Assembly: GCA_003344405.1 (NCBI GenBank) | Contig: NOWV01000306.1 | Location: 1 to 55,477 of the forward strand | Length of the DNA stretch: 55,477 nucleotides | Direction: 5' to 3' | DNA from: Trichoplax sp. H2 | Taxonomy: Eukaryota | Part shown: positions 1-13,300 of the stretch, one piece after another | Numbering within the stretch: the first letter of the stretch is position 1 | Layout of the letters: each line of letters begins with the position of its first letter | Translations under genes and position numbers: made by a program | Notes under the pieces: generated by a model | Told to the model about the DNA's origin: nothing | Databases searched by the model: none | The model's input: the letters and a program-made list of their open reading frames with translations, nothing else

Positions 1-705
1 TTCATCCGCTGCTGCGTTTTCCACACTTTTTTTTCGTTCAAATGTATTTCAAGTTCTACGAATTTGGATGACTAGACGTACTAGAAAATATTCTGTGCAA
101 AGTTAATTTTGTAATGACTAGAAATACGGTAATCAGTACTGTATGACGTTGTTTTTTTAGCAGAGTTTACATCTAGTCTAGCTATCTAGCCACTTTTATT
201 ATTATTATTGATATCTAAAATCGTCAATGTACTGTACACAGATCGTACAGTAATCCATGAATGATGGATGAATTTATAACCAGGCAGTGTATCATATTGA
301 CTGTCTAAGTGTCTATGCGTTATCAACCTCCATAATGAACAATCCATTACGATACAATCTGCTTTAAATAAGCTTAACGACTAAAACTAAGTCGCCACCA
401 AATTGACGCTTGTATCAGTCGAAATCAAATCAATATTAATTAATTCCAAGGACTACATGTGTAAAAGCGAGAATGAATCAATCACCATGCAGTAATTTAG
501 TAACTAACAAGAGAGTAACACGACAGTCATATTGGATTCAATAAAAGACAGATAAAAGTGAAGTGATAGCGATTTGAGTAATCTCAGGTACTCGAATTAA
601 ATACGAATGTCATGAATCCGCTAAAGTACCTCAAAGTGATCTGGCCATTCAAAGCAGTAGGATCGGTAAATAATAACCAACAGAAGGGAATGATGGGAAA
701 AAAGA

Positions 706-768
706 GCAGAACCACGGGAACGTGAAGAGAAGAACCACGGGAAGGAAAAAGAGAAGAACCACGGGAAG
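706..768. repeat. Three copies of AGAACCACGGGAA at ~22 bp spacing
   Basis: Direct repeats at ~708, ~731 and ~755, just left of the GTAC-pentamer field. Confidence 0.8.
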
Positions 769-789
769 GTAGCGCGGTTGGGCTAACTG

Positions 790-1870
790 CTTGAAATGTA
801 CTGTACTGTATTCTGACTGTAGGCTAAATGCTGTGTCACGATAGACTGCTACAGTACTGTACTGTACAGTACTGCACACTCAGTCGAGTACAGACACTAC
901 TCTACAATACAGTACACTGTACTCCAGCCATGTACAGTACCAAGACCCTACAGTCTATCGGTATCAGGTTGACAGGAGATGCGCTGGCATCAGTTCTAGT
1001 TCTAGTGTATTGTAGTCTAGCATAATTTTAAGGTCGTGGTTTGTGTAGCAGCTTGAAATGTACTGTATACAGTAGTACAGTACTGTACAGTAATGCTGTG
1101 TCATGATACAGTACAGTAGTGTACAGTATGTACTGTACATTTGTACAGTATGAAGTTCTATTGTACTGTACAGTACTGTACGTAGTTTTAAAGTACTGTA
1201 CAGTACACTTTATAGTACAGTACTGTACTGGGTACAGTGGTCTGTAATTACTTACTGTACTGTACTGTACTGTACAGTACAGTAATTTGTACAGTACAAT
1301 ACAAGCTGAAAGAGAAGAGTGGCAACGCTCTGTACTGTACTGTACAGTACAGTACAGTACTCACTGCAAGGGTACAGTACAGTACTAGGGTCTCTAATGT
1401 ACTGTACACTAATGTGTACAGTACAGAAAAACTTTTTCTTCGTTTGCACATGTGCAATAAGGGTCACTCATAATGTGGATCGCTATGATCACGTGTCTCA
1501 AATACTGAGTGCACAGTACAGTGTACTGTACTGTACAGCACAGATGCAATGTTGTACTGTACAGTACAGTACTGTACGGTATAGTACAGTACGGTATAGT
1601 ACAGTACAGAATGAGCTCATGGCACAGAACAAAGGACAGTACAGTACTGTGCAGTGTACTGTCCAAAAACGAGTGCTGTACCACTACAGTACTGTACTAA
1701 ATGTGAATGAATAAGGGACTACTGACGAGAGAATATCGTGTAGTGATGTAGTGATGGCATCACAGACGGACGAGGCCCCGACTCAACTCATGCCACTACG
1801 GTACAGTGTACAATGTACAGTACTTATCGTCCTCGTAAGACTGTACACTGTACAGTCCTTGCACTGTACA
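790..1870. repeat. Low-complexity GTAC-core pentamer field (TACAG/TACTG mix) upstream of the FNBP4-like gene
   Basis: Dense runs such as tgtactgtactgtacagtacagta; includes a duplicated gcttgaaatgtactgta...aatgctgtgtca(c/t)gata unit at ~789 and ~1051. Confidence 0.9.
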
Positions 1871-2170
1871 ACTTGTGAGCAACATCCAGCGACTACCGGT
1901 GGTCAAAGTGGTCAAATTATCCAATTGGAATCGTCATCACTCACCAACATCCAATGCAATATCTGCTATTCCATTGTATTTCCAATCCGACCTAGAAAAA
2001 GTGGACTTCATTCCTGCTTGCAGTTAATTCATCCAAAGCATGGTTATACTGGATAGGCTACTGATTACTGTAGATTGTACAGAACAAATTACTTGGTGCA
2101 ATAATAACAAGTGAATGCAAGAATATTGAATCATTTCTACCTACAAGACGACGGATTAACGTGGATAAAG

Positions 2171-5100
2171 ATGCAAAAACGCCAATATAAAAGCAATCGT
2201 AGAAAGATTTTGCAGCTAGATCCCGGATCAGACAAGATCGATGGTTAGTTGTAGTTGTCAGTATTGAAATTTAATGATGCCCCATATAATACGACCAATA
2301 GTCACTATTCAGTCATTATAAATACCATATGAATGGAGCCTACTACTAATGTGCTCGCATGACAATGAATTGTGATCGTGACACCTTCACCAATAGTAAT
2401 CAATGGCGAGCTCTATTTCTCTTTGTTGACAATACAGTATAGCACTCCACTATCCATGATCAATTAAATATGCAATACCATTACTATCAATACATTCGTA
2501 GAAATGAAGTACTTGTACAAGTCAACAAGTTCGATTTGAGATGATAGATACATCCTAAGGTGGGATAAAATCAATCACTAATTGATATCTACCATATATA
2601 TCACACAGCCAATTCATCAATATCTGCTATGGATGCAACCTTAGAGATAGAAGAAACCAATATTGCCGGTCTTGTTAGCTATGAAGACAGTGATGAAGGT
2701 AACTATGCATAATATCACTACTATTTCTAAATTGTAATCAAGGTAATTGCAACCATATTGAGAGAGCTTGGTATAAATTGGAGTAATGACGTTCAGCCTG
2801 CACTAAAATACTAAACGTTGTACTTTGCACTACTAAATACATGAACTGAATGATGATGATATACAGTTGTAGTCCTATATTACATGATAACTTTTTAGTA
2901 AGTACACGGGCATATTGGTCTATAGCAAAGACTACAGGCGTTTTCGATCAAATTACTGGACAAGTTTATCAGTAATTGAAATGCACTTTCGTCATCACTC
3001 ATCGTCGTTTATTATGCATTTTATGCATAGAAGCAAAATCAAGCAACAAGAAGCCCCTTATCAAGCAGCCGGAGCGTAAAGATCAAATTGCACAAGAAGT
3101 TGCCAGCTTTATGCTTGTAAGTCGCGCATTTTATAAACTAATATAGTAATGCATTTTGCCTAACTAGAAGAGTAGTCTTAGCTAATGTTGATATTCATTC
3201 TGAAAACTTATTACGTTATCTCACCCAACAGTCATGTTATTCTGCTAACTGTAAAAGCAAAGTACTATAATATAATATATTTGTACGCCAATGATCTTGA
3301 TCAATATAAGAGTATCTCATTCGCTGTAATAAACTAACCCGATAATAGCATTAGAACGTTAATTAATATAACTTTAACATGAACAAGCAACATCTTAAGC
3401 GCAAGATTTTCACACTAGTAGCAATAGAATAATCTTTTGTGATACGTGAACGAACAAAAACAATACAATTTGATCGATGTTGTTATAGAAAGACTATAAA
3501 GTTTTTGTTGAAGTAAGGAACTATTAGAATTGTTTGTTAATCAAGATCACAAAAATTACCCTAAGTATATTTGTAAATCATTTAGCTCATTAAAAATGAG
3601 GACTGCAATATAATGATAATATCTTATTGATATTCTTAGGAAATAGATGCAATGGAGCAAGATACCAGTGATGATCAAAATCTCAGGGCCACGCAGCCAC
3701 CTAAATCGACTGAAATTATATCTACATCTTTCCGAAGCCTTGACAAGACTGATGATAAAGCTATATGGTTAGAATGTTACGATCAGAATTCCAATAGTGT
3801 CTACTACTGGAATACTGAAAATAATAAAGTTTCATGGGTTCTACCTGAAAACGCCAAAGTACAATCCGCGTTGTCACAGCTTTATCAAGATCACGCTGAC
3901 GATATAAAAGCTACTATTTCTGATAGTGATGAAATTACCGGTATAGAAGAAACAACAAATGGTAAGAATTTAATCATTTATCCGTAATTTAAACTAATAC
4001 ATCAATACTTAATAATTAGGAAGTACATGTTGGCTGGTAATTCTTATGACACCTATATATTAATATCCTTATTATGCGCACGTAATGAACCAACTGATAA
4101 CATAAGTTGTACTAGGTTTTTAACAGTTAAAAATAACTAACTCTTTAATAACTGTAGCTAATCGATTAGGATGCGTTTCGCTTGAATTCTATATAAAAAT
4201 AATTTAATTAATAATGTATGTACATAATATGACCCATTATGAGTTGCGCCGTCTTTCACTGACATTTTAGAAAATAATGTAAACAAAGAAAGTAAAATTG
4301 ATCAAGCAAGAAAGAAGCGCCCAATTCCTGATAATAATACGGTAACGTTGGAAAATGATGCTAAAAAGCGACATATAGAAGCGTGCGAAGAATCTCATTC
4401 TGACAAGGGTCTATCAAGTGATAAAATAACAGTAAGTTTCACCACAACTTCTTCGTATGTTTTGCTCGCATGATTACAAAAGTATTATTGCACAATATAG
4501 CGAATTAATTATAACATTTAAATGATTAATGGTACTCTAGGATGACATAATAGAAGCATCCTTACGACTTCGACAAAAGCTAGATGTAATTGGTGTGCAA
4601 AAACTATCCATATCTGATGCTCAAATAGCTCTAATTCAATTAGAGGTGCTGTAGCTTTAAGAAAATTTAACACGCCCTTTCAACTGCATTAAAATGCTAT
4701 TTGCAACATTTTCTATTGGTTAATGTAATAGACGAAGGCAGACTGCAAGCACTGATATAAAATCATTGATAATTGTGTTATGCAGATACGTTTCAACGAT
4801 TGGCAAAAGGGTGTATTAAATGGTAAATATTTTCTGGAGAGAATTTTAGAAACCGAAAAATCCTTCCATAAACCTTACGATTTAGACAGCATAAATTCTT
4901 TAGAAGATTCGATCGAAAGTCCGGAAAATCTAGAAAAGTAAACTTTTTACGTATTACCTCTTTTACGGTTTATTATTTGAATAGTTTAACATAACGGATA
5001 TATCCAACAGCAATTTAATATAATATTATGAGCCCTATATTGAACGATGCAATTGCTTACAAGAAGTCACTGGTATTCTAATGTAGACAAGAGATAGTCG

Positions 5101-5901
5101 AGGAAGAACCTGGTTTAGAAGCTGCAGATCAGCATCCTGACGATAGCCAAGAATGCACCCCCCACACTCCTGACATTTCGAGTGGTATATAGCATGAGTG
5201 AAAATTTATAGTTAAAATAACAAAGTGAACGATGTTGTCAACTTAACAGATTGTATAACTGATACTGTACAACGCAATTACAGCTGAAGAAGGTGAAATT
5301 ATCGACAGCCCGCCGTCAAGCGAGACTACCGTAACAGAAGAGACTTACAAGTACTAATAAAAGATAACACATATTTCGATGATAAATTTTTAGTCACAGC
5401 GTGAGATTAATTTTGTATTCACTTTGTTGTATAGTACCAAGGATGTGTCAGATAGCGTACATGACAGCCTTCCGCCCGATTCTGAAGACACTACAAATGT
5501 CAATACCGACGAAAGCGTTAGTATCAATCAACTTGCTTATCCTATCTTTCCATTAAACAGGCCAAGCTGAAGCTTTTGATCCTTAGATTAAACCATACTA
5601 AGTTTACTTATAAGTGGAGCAGCTATTTATCGTAACTGTTATCTCATATTAATATTGTTACTTTCAGAAATGTACTGAATCGCCGGTAGCGCCGAAGAAA
5701 AAAGTACGTGTAACGTGCATTTCTTATTACTGTTCTTCACTGGCTTTATTGATCTTTAATTCGATCAATTGATAGCATCAATTATTATTCTTGTTAAAGG
5801 CGAAGAAAAAATTTACTAGTTCATCCATATCGTTTAAAAAGAAAAACATGGCTTCCTTAGTGAGCAAATGGCAGTCTATTCGCAGCAGTTCCAAGAAGTA
5901 G
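2171..5901 (+). CDS. FNBP4: Formin-binding protein 4-like WW-domain protein, ~12 exons (approx. 2171-2243, 2609-2698, 3031-3116, 3640-3961, 4271-4431, 4541-4646, 4786-4938, 5087-5184, 5250-5350, 5435-5516, 5668-5703, 5800-5901)
   Basis: Spliced translation gives RRKILQL (N-term), GLVSYEDSDE, VASFMLEIDAM, WW domain WLECYDQNSNSVYYWNTENNKVSWVLP, IRFNDWQKGVLNGKY and C-terminal MASLVSKWQSI, all resembling FNBP4 motifs. GT-AG junctions; phase verified for the first four exons. Confidence 0.8.
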
Positions 5902-7311
5902 GATAAAATGGATACGCGATTTATCAGTCTTCAGGTGTCAAACACTATGACGGACATGCTTAACTAGGATCATAGAAGCTACCTTTACCACTTCAAGCTG
6001 CATTATATTTCGTTTATGTGCACTAAATTTAACATTATACATAGTACACAAAATGCTATATTCATAAACTATTTGAATTAAGAAAAAGATGTAATTGATG
6101 CGCCTATTTTTGGAAATGTCATTCGGTAATGATATGCTCTTAATCGTAAATACTACCTTGAAGACGCAATTGTACATTTTCACGCTTTATCGCAAAAGCT
6201 TAAAGGAAACGTAATTCTGTGAATTGAATGCGAATATTTTAATAAGCATATCGGGGTAATGTAAGATATCATTGTGAACATTATTTTTTTATTTTAAAAG
6301 CAGTTTGCAAAGTTACAGCTACGGCCTTCTTCCTTTCATGAAGAAAAGAAGAAAATTTAAATTAAATTTTGAACGCCTTATTATATCTTTCTTTCTACAT
6401 TCCTAATGTTAAATACCGTTAATATATTCATCATTATAAATACTGTACAGTGCCACATTTTACAGTAAGACAAGATTATAAGTTGTAAATTAATTCAGTT
6501 GCAATATTTTCTTAATGATTGGTTTTTCCTCTGCCCTTGGTACAGGAGCTTGGTTGTATACATCTTCCTTATTCAAATAAAGCATTACCTAAATATGATT
6601 TAAGAGACCGTGGTTAAATAATATCTGCCTATGAAATTGAATAAACGATTCATGGCGTTTACTACTTTATATCGATACTCTTTAATATTTAGTATACTAT
6701 GACTGTCTTATCACCAATACTCTGGTAATATGAGAAAGCTGTTTCTACTGTTTGTTAACTAACAATCAATTTTATAAGAGCATAAATTACGTGAAACCAC
6801 CGCATCCTAACTACTACGCTGAATGTTACTAATATTAGAATTAGAGCAAATTCAAGTTAAAAACCTCCTGTATTACGTCAAGTTGATCGAATGATATGAA
6901 CTAAAAGCAGAGACAATGCAGTTTCAACAATCTGCCTTTTCACCTGCATTTATCTACGGATACGGATGTGTCATATATAGTCGATACATTTCATGAAAAA
7001 TTTTAAGTTAAGCAAATATCGTAAATATAAGATATTACGAATGACAAGCTAGAAGATACATATAAATACGGAATAAAAATCCATTAGAACCAAGTATTAT
7101 GAATAAACTACTACCGTAAGTTAAAAGTAGTCCAGTATCAATGTATTCCGTACGGTACTTTACGCACATATTCCAGTAAAACATTAAACTATATTTACAT
7201 TAAAATTAATATGAAAAAATTTACCAAATGTAACCTATATGAAATCGAATTTCTGGTTATCTATGTAATATACGTGCATATTGAATAAATTATCAGAAAG
7301 ATATAGCTGTC

Positions 7312-10300
7312 TTAGTTTTGCCTAAAAGTGCAATTGTTATTATTAGTAGGACTAATACCGTGGTTTTGTGTGTCTGAATTAGTCGTGTCTGTCTGGGTCG
7401 ATGGTGAGTCAGCTTGAGTAGGTGATCGCTGGTCGGTTTGTATATGTTGGTTGTCTTCTGTTTGTATTTCATTGCTTATGTAACCCTGGTTATCATGAAC
7501 TGTACTTGCAGGAACTGTTGTCGTCGCTCTGGGTATATCAAGAGCATTTATATTACCAGAGCTGACTTTTCTAGAAGTAAATTCTAATTTATTTTCACCC
7601 ATTTCTGCATTAATCAAGTTTCCATTTCTCTGTAATAGAAAATTGTAGATCAATATGGGAAATCACCTTGATGGTCATATGATATTCGAAACGAAGTGTT
7701 AATTTATTTGAAATATCTATCTAAACAAACCTGTCTCATGGTTCGTTTGCTACTGGCACGAGATACGCAAAATTTAAACATGAAGAGTTCAATGATCAGA
7801 AGGATGGTAGCCAACATCAAAGCACCACCAAGAACCATGAAGATACCAGCTACATTGTTGACCCCCAATTCAACTGCATCAGCTGCAGAAGACGTTGAAG
7901 GAGGGCACTGAGTCTGCTGATCCCACCATTTTGCTCGCAGCTTTTCTGTCTCTCCTCTTTCTTGCAATTTTAAGGCAGCTAAGGTAAAGGCATCTCTATA
8001 TGGAGAGTTTTTCTGTAAACCTGATGATTGTAAGTACGCAAGCTTAAAGTGTTTTGAATCTGCCATAGCAATTAGTATACTTATCTATACAATTATGAAC
8101 TAGCTATACAAAAATTTATCACATCAACTTCCTAAGCTATTGCTCTTAATTATTAATTAGAAAAAATCGCTAGAGTAATAATGTCTAGGAGTTTGCAACT
8201 TCATACATGATCTAGCAATTTAAATAATTAATTATCATCATAAAGTATGTTACGTGCTGATTTACTAGTTAATAAATATTCATTACTTGGAATAGCAGCG
8301 TTTTGCTAACTACCTACATGTCGACAATCTCGACATATGTGTGAAACTTGTAAGCAGAAATTACCTCATCGACAATTCAGTTAACGATTATTAATTTTAT
8401 CGACAGAGTAGAGAACACCGTCTTTAGTACTACTAAAATTTCGTAAACTTCATTTATGGCATAATATTTAGAAAGTTATTGCATACTTTGTCATATACAA
8501 TGCCTAACAAATACGATACGTAAGCAACAGATACGGGACTATATAGTATTTGCTAGAAAGGGTACTATCAGATAAACTACCAGGTCAATTATTGATACAT
8601 TTGAAACTGCTAAAGCAGGAAATGTCAAAGTCATCAATATCGAAAAATTCTTTTATAATTTAGCACTATTTTTTTAGCTAAATTACATAACCGTATACGA
8701 CTTTTTAAGTGCTAATAGTAGCAATCTCATTCAAGCAATATTTCCTTAACCAAGGAAGTGCTAGACAGGAATTTTTCACGTTCATAATCTAGTCAATTAC
8801 TAATACCTTACAATTGCTAAAATAGGAAATATTAGAGTAACTATTGTAATAATAAATTCTTTACTGCACCCTGTGAATAGCATAATAATATAAAACCTTA
8901 AGTACTAATTCAATACTATATAGTATCAGTATACTTCTTAGCTAAATAAAGATGGATAATTTGTATCACGATTATCTAACAATTAAAGCAATCGTTCGTA
9001 CTTTTGGCTATTGATATCAGACTTACCAATACCAAAGCCGCGTAGATCAAATTTTGAACCAACTACCATAACATCGCAAGGTTTTCGCAATGCTGCATAT
9101 TCTAGTTCAGGATAATACCAAATAAATGCATATTTCCCTTTACTTCGCCTGACTTTGTTTATACCAACAAGTGATGAATTAAGTAAAGAAGTCTTGCTAT
9201 TTTCTAAAATATGAGACCAAGCGTTTCTGTAGACTGTTTCGGTCGATGATTTTAAAAAATCCATGGCTTCGCTATCAATCACTGTTCCATAATCGATGGC
9301 GCTTTGCTTAGTTAAATCTTGGACTGAAGATACAGGAACAGCTAAATTAGAAGTGGTCAAAAAAGCAGCCATATTCGCTGTATAAGATGCAACCATAACC
9401 ATAACGAAAAACCAATAAAATGTAGCTAATAATCTTCCAGAAATAGATCGAGGATAAGCTTCAACTCCTTGCTGTAAATAAGAACCAATTGCAAACCAGA
9501 AACTGTTCGCTAAGTTAAATTTAACACGGGGTAAAGCATTACGAGGTAGAACTTTCTTAAGTCGAGTTTTCTTTTTACTACTACCAAAACGAGATCTCAA
9601 GCCAGGGAAGCAATTACCATAATCAAGATCGACCGGACTATATTGATCTAATAAATACATCACCACGCCGACACAAATTAAAGCTAAAGCAATCAAAATC
9701 CAGACAAGCGGTGAGAATGGTCTTAAAAAAGCGAAAAAATCCGCATTTCGATTGGGCTTCGAAATTAATAATTGCAATCCTGACTGCATAAACGGTTTAG
9801 TAAAATCAATTACACTTTGTCTAAACGACGTAATAGATAATGGAGCTACTGCTATATCCATTTCCTATTCAAATGAAATACAAGAATAGTTATTTTAGTA
9901 TAGGAATTACAATTTGTTAATGCAATCAAATTTACTAGGTCCTTGGTGTAATATTCTAAGATATGATAGATAATCATTAAGAGAGAAAAATTAAATGGAA
10001 GCGATCACTGATTTTAAATTTATGTACCCTTCGTGCTAACTGGCCAACCATACCGTCCCAGTTGCCGTCTTCTAATAACTCTCCAAAGATATTACTAGGT
10101 TCTAAACTAATGGTAAAGTTGAAGCCTAGTTCTGCAACTAATAATTTTAATAAGTCAATGCAATAGCCTTCGAATGCATCGATTCCAGGCCCTCTTTGAT
10201 TTTCTGGTTTGTACATAATAAACGGTGCATCCTAAACGATATTCACAAATAAGTACTTAAGGAGAAAGGAAACAGTTAAAACAGAAATATACTCATGGTC

Positions 10301-13300
10301 GGAATGAATTGAAACTCTACTTGATTACTGAAATAGTAAAATATTGATTTTTAGAGTATGTACGATAGATTTTCTCTTATATGTTGGTAAAATTATTCAT
10401 GCTCAACAAAATTAATAGATTCTGTTGTCCCTTATGTAATAACACCAGATCAAATAGACAACACTGGTAATGAAACAGTACCGTACCATGTTTTAAAATC
10501 AATGGGCCTAAAAATAAATATGTGGTGCCTTACGATATATGCTCTTCATGGATCAAAACTAGTATCATGGGCTAGAGCACACTATAATTATAATTTATGT
10601 CAAATGCTTACGAAACAGATTTCACTTATATTGAACTGATATCTGAAAGGTAATTACAACTTATTGAAATTAATTATCACAATCCAAATTTGAGTTCACT
10701 AGCATGGCAAATAATAACATTCAGTATACTGTAAAGTAATACTAACAAGTTTAAGAAACAACTCCAGCCATAATACGAGTAGTGCATCATATTTTAAACA
10801 ACTGCCTACCAATATGAGGTGCGTTCATAGCTTAAAAATAGTAACGCGAACTAGAGGACAAATAATGTAATTATGAATTTGTGCCAAATGCTTACAAAAA
10901 GTTTCACTCATATTCAAACTAATATCTGAGGAGGTAGTTATATCCTATTAAATTAATTATCGAATTTAAAATTTGAATTCATTAGCAAAGTAAATAAAAC
11001 CCGTTATCGATATCAATCACGGCATGATAGCAGATCGTACGTTATACTTACTATCACTGTGGTAATTCGCAAAGTTTCATTGGCCATAAACTGTAAATTT
11101 TGCGGACTTAAAGGATTCGAAGATTCACCATTATCATTACTTTCGGAAGCCGCAAGTACACTTCGCTTCTCACGCTTTGAAATCTGTATGAAGCGTTCAA
11201 GATCGTAAATAACAGGCGAGATCACTGTTACTACGTATTTCGACAACTGGTGTGAATCTTTGAATGTACTATATCGTTTAATTGAATATACAAGGATTTA
11301 ATTTGAAATTACCGAAGATTGCTTCATTCGACTATGAACATCATGTATTTTAGGATTCCAATGCAATCTTTCTCCGCGGTCATTAAATTCAATTTTACCC
11401 GTAGCTCCAGAGAAATAAAGCTGTGATAGTCAATAATCAGCTTGAATTAATAATTAATAAGCTTTTAAAGCAAACTTCTTACAAGCTGCTGTGTGCCCAT
11501 TGACTCATTTTATATTCACCTTTTTAACCTGCCCCATAATAGCATGACCGGATGTCAATGGAATTAGTGGATGACGATTGCAATTAATTTTCTGATGACG
11601 AAATTGATTTAATTGGATAGTCGAACTGATAGCTTTTGCAATAATGTGGACCGCATCATACGAGATAGCTTGTTCAACCTAAGTGGAAGGAAATCCGAAA
11701 TAAGAGAATACCATTGTGCATTAAATCATAAAGTATCAGCAGTATATTATGTAAAGATACACTTGTAATTCGCTTTTTAATTTAAAACCACTAGGAATTT
11801 AAATTGCAATATATGCCTATACGAGTACTATAATCAGGAAATAATTACATTAAATAAAATAAAAACATAAACGAAAATTCTTTCATTACTCTAACATTTT
11901 TCCACTTCTGTTCCATCTTGGTATCTGGGCTGTAACCTATACTATATAACCTCTTTAAGCTAGCAAAATCGTCTTCTGCATCCTGAAATACCTGAAGTTA
12001 TTCGTAATACAGTATTAACAATTAAATGCATTCCAAACGCTACATTAACTAATAAAGAGATTAGTTGCTAAGCTTATGCGATGGGCAAAGTTAGTTTTTA
12101 GATTAGAGAACAATTTATAGTGAAATAATCTTAATTGTATAAACAATTGATAGGAATTAACCTCGTCTTTAATAATCCAAGTATGTTTGAAAGTATGCAT
12201 GTCTTGCCGTACAACCTGTTGCATGTTTAATAATGAGTTAAACCAATAATTTTACGCGTAACTATTTCTCACGTAAAATCATGTAATGAATGGTGATTTC
12301 ATTGAACGAATACACGTATGTACATAATTAAATCTACCCTTAGGTATACGTAAATAACGAAAAAACTGATTATTTTACTTAAATATTAAAATTACTTACG
12401 TATGTAATAATATCATCAATGAGGGTACGATCTACACATAAATAAGCAACTCTAATATCAGCGCGATTAATGCGATTAATTTTAATTGAGATAGCAATGG
12501 ATTTTGTCGTATAATTCCAATCAGACATTTCTTCTAGTTGAACATTAACTTCTCTGCGGTGTGCTAACTGTAGCACACTCACCAACTCTCCGCTATCTAA
12601 AGGGAAAAATTATTTAAGCTTAACAAGTTTCATGGTGCATAACTACATTGACTGCAAGTAGCTTAATCCCTTAAATTTTTTGCTTATCGTAATAATAAAT
12701 TGGACGACAAACTAACCACAAGTTTGATCGTATAGAACTCCAATCCGACGATATTCGTGAATTTCTAAAATGGTAAAGATTTTTTCCAACTCTGCTAACT
12801 TTGATGGCTTCAGGTGGAAACTATAAGATTCGCTACCAATATATTTAGAATGCAATACCGAAGTGATAGCTATATGGGGAATTGTATAATGATAAAAAAT
12901 AGATTCCGCTATAGCCATTGATTGAGGATTTCTTAATGATCCTATAATAGCTACAATTCCATTTTCTATAAATTGGCACACTAAAATAATCGATCATAAA
13001 AACTTAATAACAGTAGAAAAAAAGGGTAATTCAGAATTTTTTAGTACAAATCTATTTCACGTTCTAGGTGCAGTTAGAAAGTATCCAAAATACTGACATT
13101 TAATAATAATTACATCTGAATTATACGAAAATACATTGCACTTACAGTTCAAGATTTATTGTGCAAAGTTATACTATAGTTAAATAAAATAAAATTCCAT
13201 CTTAGAGGCTGCACTAACCTTGCCGAGATACTACGTAAGGGCTGTCTTTGTCGATAGCCTGAAAGACTGGCGTTAGTGTAGCATTCTGTAACGGATAAAT

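Noticed and set aside
649..2056. Multiple ORFs rich in YSTVQ/CTVLY
   Set aside because: Artefacts of the stop-poor pentamer repeat, open in several frames on both strands.
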